Part shown: one piece after another, positions 49,781 through 52,172 of the stretch | How the letters are laid out: each line of letters opens with the position of its first letter | How positions within the stretch are numbered: position 1 is the stretch's first letter | Source of the DNA: Candidatus Omnitrophota bacterium | GTDB lineage: Bacteria > Omnitrophota > Gorgyraeia > Gygaellales > Profunditerraquicolaceae | Direction: 5' to 3' | Length of the DNA: 52,172 nt | NCBI GenBank assembly: GCA_043813255.1 | Contig: JBDRLG010000063.1 | Location: 1-52,172 of the forward strand | Notes under the pieces: model-generated | What the model was told of the DNA's origin: nothing | Seen by the model: the letters and a program-made list of their open reading frames with translations, nothing else | The model's database searches: none | Made by a program: the position numbers and the translations under genes

Positions 49781-50746
49781 ATGATTAAAGAACACATTAT
49801 GAAAATTTTGGGTTTGCCATTACGCTCCGGCAGAGTGTTTCAGGCAATGTGCAAAGATTCCATATTTATTTTTAATTATCATGAAGTTAACGCGAATCCG
49901 TCGTTATTTACCCGGAAATACAGATTAAATGTTCCGCCTGAATTATTTTCACAGCAGTTAAAATGGATAAAACAATATTTCAATGTAATAAGCCCTGTGC
50001 AGTTAATTGAAAATAAATTTGATTTGCCGGCCGCATTGATAACCTTTGATGACGGATTTGCAAGTACGTTTGAAATAGCCGCTCCTATATTGCGTTCTAA
50101 TAATATTCCGGCGGTGGTATTTATGAATATGGCTCCGGTTGAAGGAAAAATCTTTTGGCCCGGCCTGACAACATATTTATGCTATTACGATAAAGCATTC
50201 CCTGAGTATATGCTTAAACGGCATAATAAATCAGGCCATACTCTTTTTTTATACTGCCGGCAGGAAGAAGTAGATGAATATGTCTCGCGCAATAATGCCC
50301 GAAAAATATATGATGATGCCCGTGCCTATTACGGGACTTTTGCTAATCTTAACCATTTACGCGCGTCTTCGGATTACGGGCTGTTTTTAGGCAATCATTT
50401 ATACAATCATTATAACGCGGCCATACTTACGCCGGAAGATTTAAAGGATTCATATATAACTAATGAAAATAAACTTCGCAAATATTCTAATAATATTAAT
50501 TGTTTTAGTTACCCTTTTGGGCAGCCGCAAACGTGCTATAATGCTCAAACTGACCGCGTAATTTTTTCGATGGGGGCAAAGCGTGTTTTCACTGCTTACG
50601 CTTCGCAAAACAGAGACCCGCATTCTAAACGGCTGCATCGCTTGTCAATGCATGATAATTTAAAAGATGAGCAATCGTTTAAAAACCATGTCGTGATGCC
50701 ATCATTGCTCCATAAATTTTTTCGAAAAAAATATACATATATTTAA
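49781..50746 (+). CDS. Polysaccharide deacetylase (NodB family)
   Basis: YHEV, ITFDDG, GNHLYNH, FSYPFG. Confidence 0.88.
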   Translation: MIKEHIMKILGLPLRSGRVFQAMCKDSIFIFNYHEVNANPSLFTRKYRLNVPPELFSQQLKWIKQYFNVISPVQLIENKFDLPAALITFDDGFASTFEIAAPILRSNNIPAVVFMNMAPVEGKIFWPGLTTYLCYYDKAFPEYMLKRHNKSGHTLFLYCRQEEVDEYVSRNNARKIYDDARAYYGTFANLNHLRASSDYGLFLGNHLYNHYNAAILTPEDLKDSYITNENKLRKYSNNINCFSYPFGQPQTCYNAQTDRVIFSMGAKRVFTAYASQNRDPHSKRLHRLSMHDNLKDEQSFKNHVVMPSLLHKFFRKKYTYI

Positions 50747-50873
50747 TCATTACTGTTCTTCGCAATAATACGCTATTGACATTTCAAAAACATTTTACCG
50801 GAGATAACAATTATCATAATTTAGACACAAGTAATATTTAATAGTTAATAAGTGTTTTTACTGATGGTAAACC

Positions 50874-52172
50874 CGTTGACTCATAATAAAACCTAACCAT
50901 ACGGGTAGAGTTAGATCATTTATTTTTAAGGGCGAAAATTTTCTTAAGTTTAGCATCAATAGCCTTTCGTAAATGAAAGGGATTTAAAGTTTCAAATTGT
51001 TCTTTGAGAGCGTATTTCACAGAAGTTTCAACATAAGGCGATTCCAATATTCTTTGATAAGGCGTCTTAGGTTTATCATAACGCTTAATAGTTTTTGCCG
51101 CAACTTGTTTTTTTTCAAGAAGCTTTACCGAAGGCATAAAGAAGTTATGATACAGCCTCCATTCATTGCGGAATAAGTCATTAAGCAGCGGCACAACTTT
51201 CGGATTATCAAATCTGGAGTAGCCAAGCCATTGCCTAACTTGAGTCCAATTTTTCTGTTCTATGTGAGCATTATCATTTTTATGATATGGCCTGGAACGG
51301 GTAAATTGCACAGGTTTAGGCCTTTGAGCAAAATGGCGTAGGAAATGCCAGTTTAAAAATTCGTTTCCATTGTCACAGTCAAAACCAAGTAATGGAAAAG
51401 GAAGCATATTTTCAACATCTTTGGTTTGTTCTAAAACACCTGTTTCGCCTTTGCCAAAGACAGCGCGCTGTTCGCTCCAAGTGGTGGCGATATCCGTATA
51501 GTCGATAATATATATGAAATCACCCTCTAAAGAGCCGCCGCAAAGAGCAACGGTATCAGCTTCAAGGAAGCCTGGTTTGGTTTCGTTCCATTGGTCAGTT
51601 TTAACTAAAATATGTTCTTTAAGCAGAGTACCCGGCTTAGTAGTACATCTGCCTTTGGTTTTATACTTTGCCTTAAATGGTTTTAATATACGGTCAATAG
51701 TTGGAGCGGATATTTTAAGTAGCAGTTTAATAACAGGCAAAGATAAATGGCCGTATTCTTTGTGATAAAACTTAAGCCATGCAGGTAGTATTGCCTTAAG
51801 GCGTTTGGAGCAAGGCAGGTTAGCCGCAAGATATATCCTGCGTAATGCTTTCAAGACTTCAGGACAGTTATATTTTGACAGCCTGCCGCGTTTTTTAGGT
51901 TTAGGTTTGGTAAAGCGTTTAAAAGTATAAATTAAGAAAATCGCGTATTTGCGGTTATATCCGGTAGCAGCGCAGAATTCATTAAGAATAATTGATTTTT
52001 TCTTCTTTGAAGATTTTTTGTATCGGATAACAATAGACTCAAGATATTCCATGCGGGCTTTCGGGCTCATAGATACACCTCCTAATGGAAGTATACCTTT
52101 GGTTAGATGATTTATGAGTCAACGATACCCGTATAAAAAACTTTCGGTTAGATTTAATGTGAGTCAATTCGT
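50874..52172 (-). mobile_element. Insertion sequence with DDE transposase; exact ends uncertain
   Basis: Transposase flanked by inverted copies of GGTTAG-N-TGAGTCAA: 50874-50898 on minus, 52101-52124 and 52146-52168 on plus. Confidence 0.8.
50916..52070 (-). CDS. DDE (rve-type) transposase/integrase
   Basis: ILNEFCAATGYNRKYAI, PGFLEADTV, DCDNGNEF, FTRSRPYHKNDNAHIEQKN, TPYQR. SD AGGAGG upstream. Confidence 0.92.
   Translation of the reverse strand: MSPKARMEYLESIVIRYKKSSKKKKSIILNEFCAATGYNRKYAIFLIYTFKRFTKPKPKKRGRLSKYNCPEVLKALRRIYLAANLPCSKRLKAILPAWLKFYHKEYGHLSLPVIKLLLKISAPTIDRILKPFKAKYKTKGRCTTKPGTLLKEHILVKTDQWNETKPGFLEADTVALCGGSLEGDFIYIIDYTDIATTWSEQRAVFGKGETGVLEQTKDVENMLPFPLLGFDCDNGNEFLNWHFLRHFAQRPKPVQFTRSRPYHKNDNAHIEQKNWTQVRQWLGYSRFDNPKVVPLLNDLFRNEWRLYHNFFMPSVKLLEKKQVAAKTIKRYDKPKTPYQRILESPYVETSVKYALKEQFETLNPFHLRKAIDAKLKKIFALKNK

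Noticed and set aside
50776-50820. TTGACA as a promoter -35 box
   Set aside because: No -10 box at 16-18 bp spacing, and no plus-strand gene downstream.

Overview
AT-rich bacterial window. The gene and repeat style suggests an uncultured lineage such as Candidatus Omnitrophota (inference only). Two housekeeping genes (rpsA, tyrS) and a beta-repeat hypothetical gene are followed by a ~46.5 kb, entirely plus-strand surface-glycan biosynthesis locus (4225-50746), which ends at a minus-strand DDE insertion sequence running to the window edge. The locus encodes dTDP-rhamnose-type and GDP-fucose pathways, a heptose/higher-carbon sugar-like module and a legionaminic-acid-like nonulosonate pathway. 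It also has acetamidino, formyl, methyl, deacetyl and sulfate tailoring enzymes and an ABC flippase. Highlights: (1) a pyruvate kinase::ATP sulfurylase fusion between a sulfotransferase and an APS kinase, a candidate self-fuelling PAPS module; (2) a 392-aa LAGLIDADG intein in Gmd that begins with Thr; (3) nested non-autonomous elements, namely a MITE with a 4-bp target duplication inserted in a hairpin repeat and carrying its own REP doublet, plus a sister MITE with different cargo; (4) a plant NRS/ER-like enzyme in place of RmlC+RmlD; (5) a clear promoter and operator in front of a MarR-type EPS regulator. Family calls come from motifs read by eye; no searches were run.
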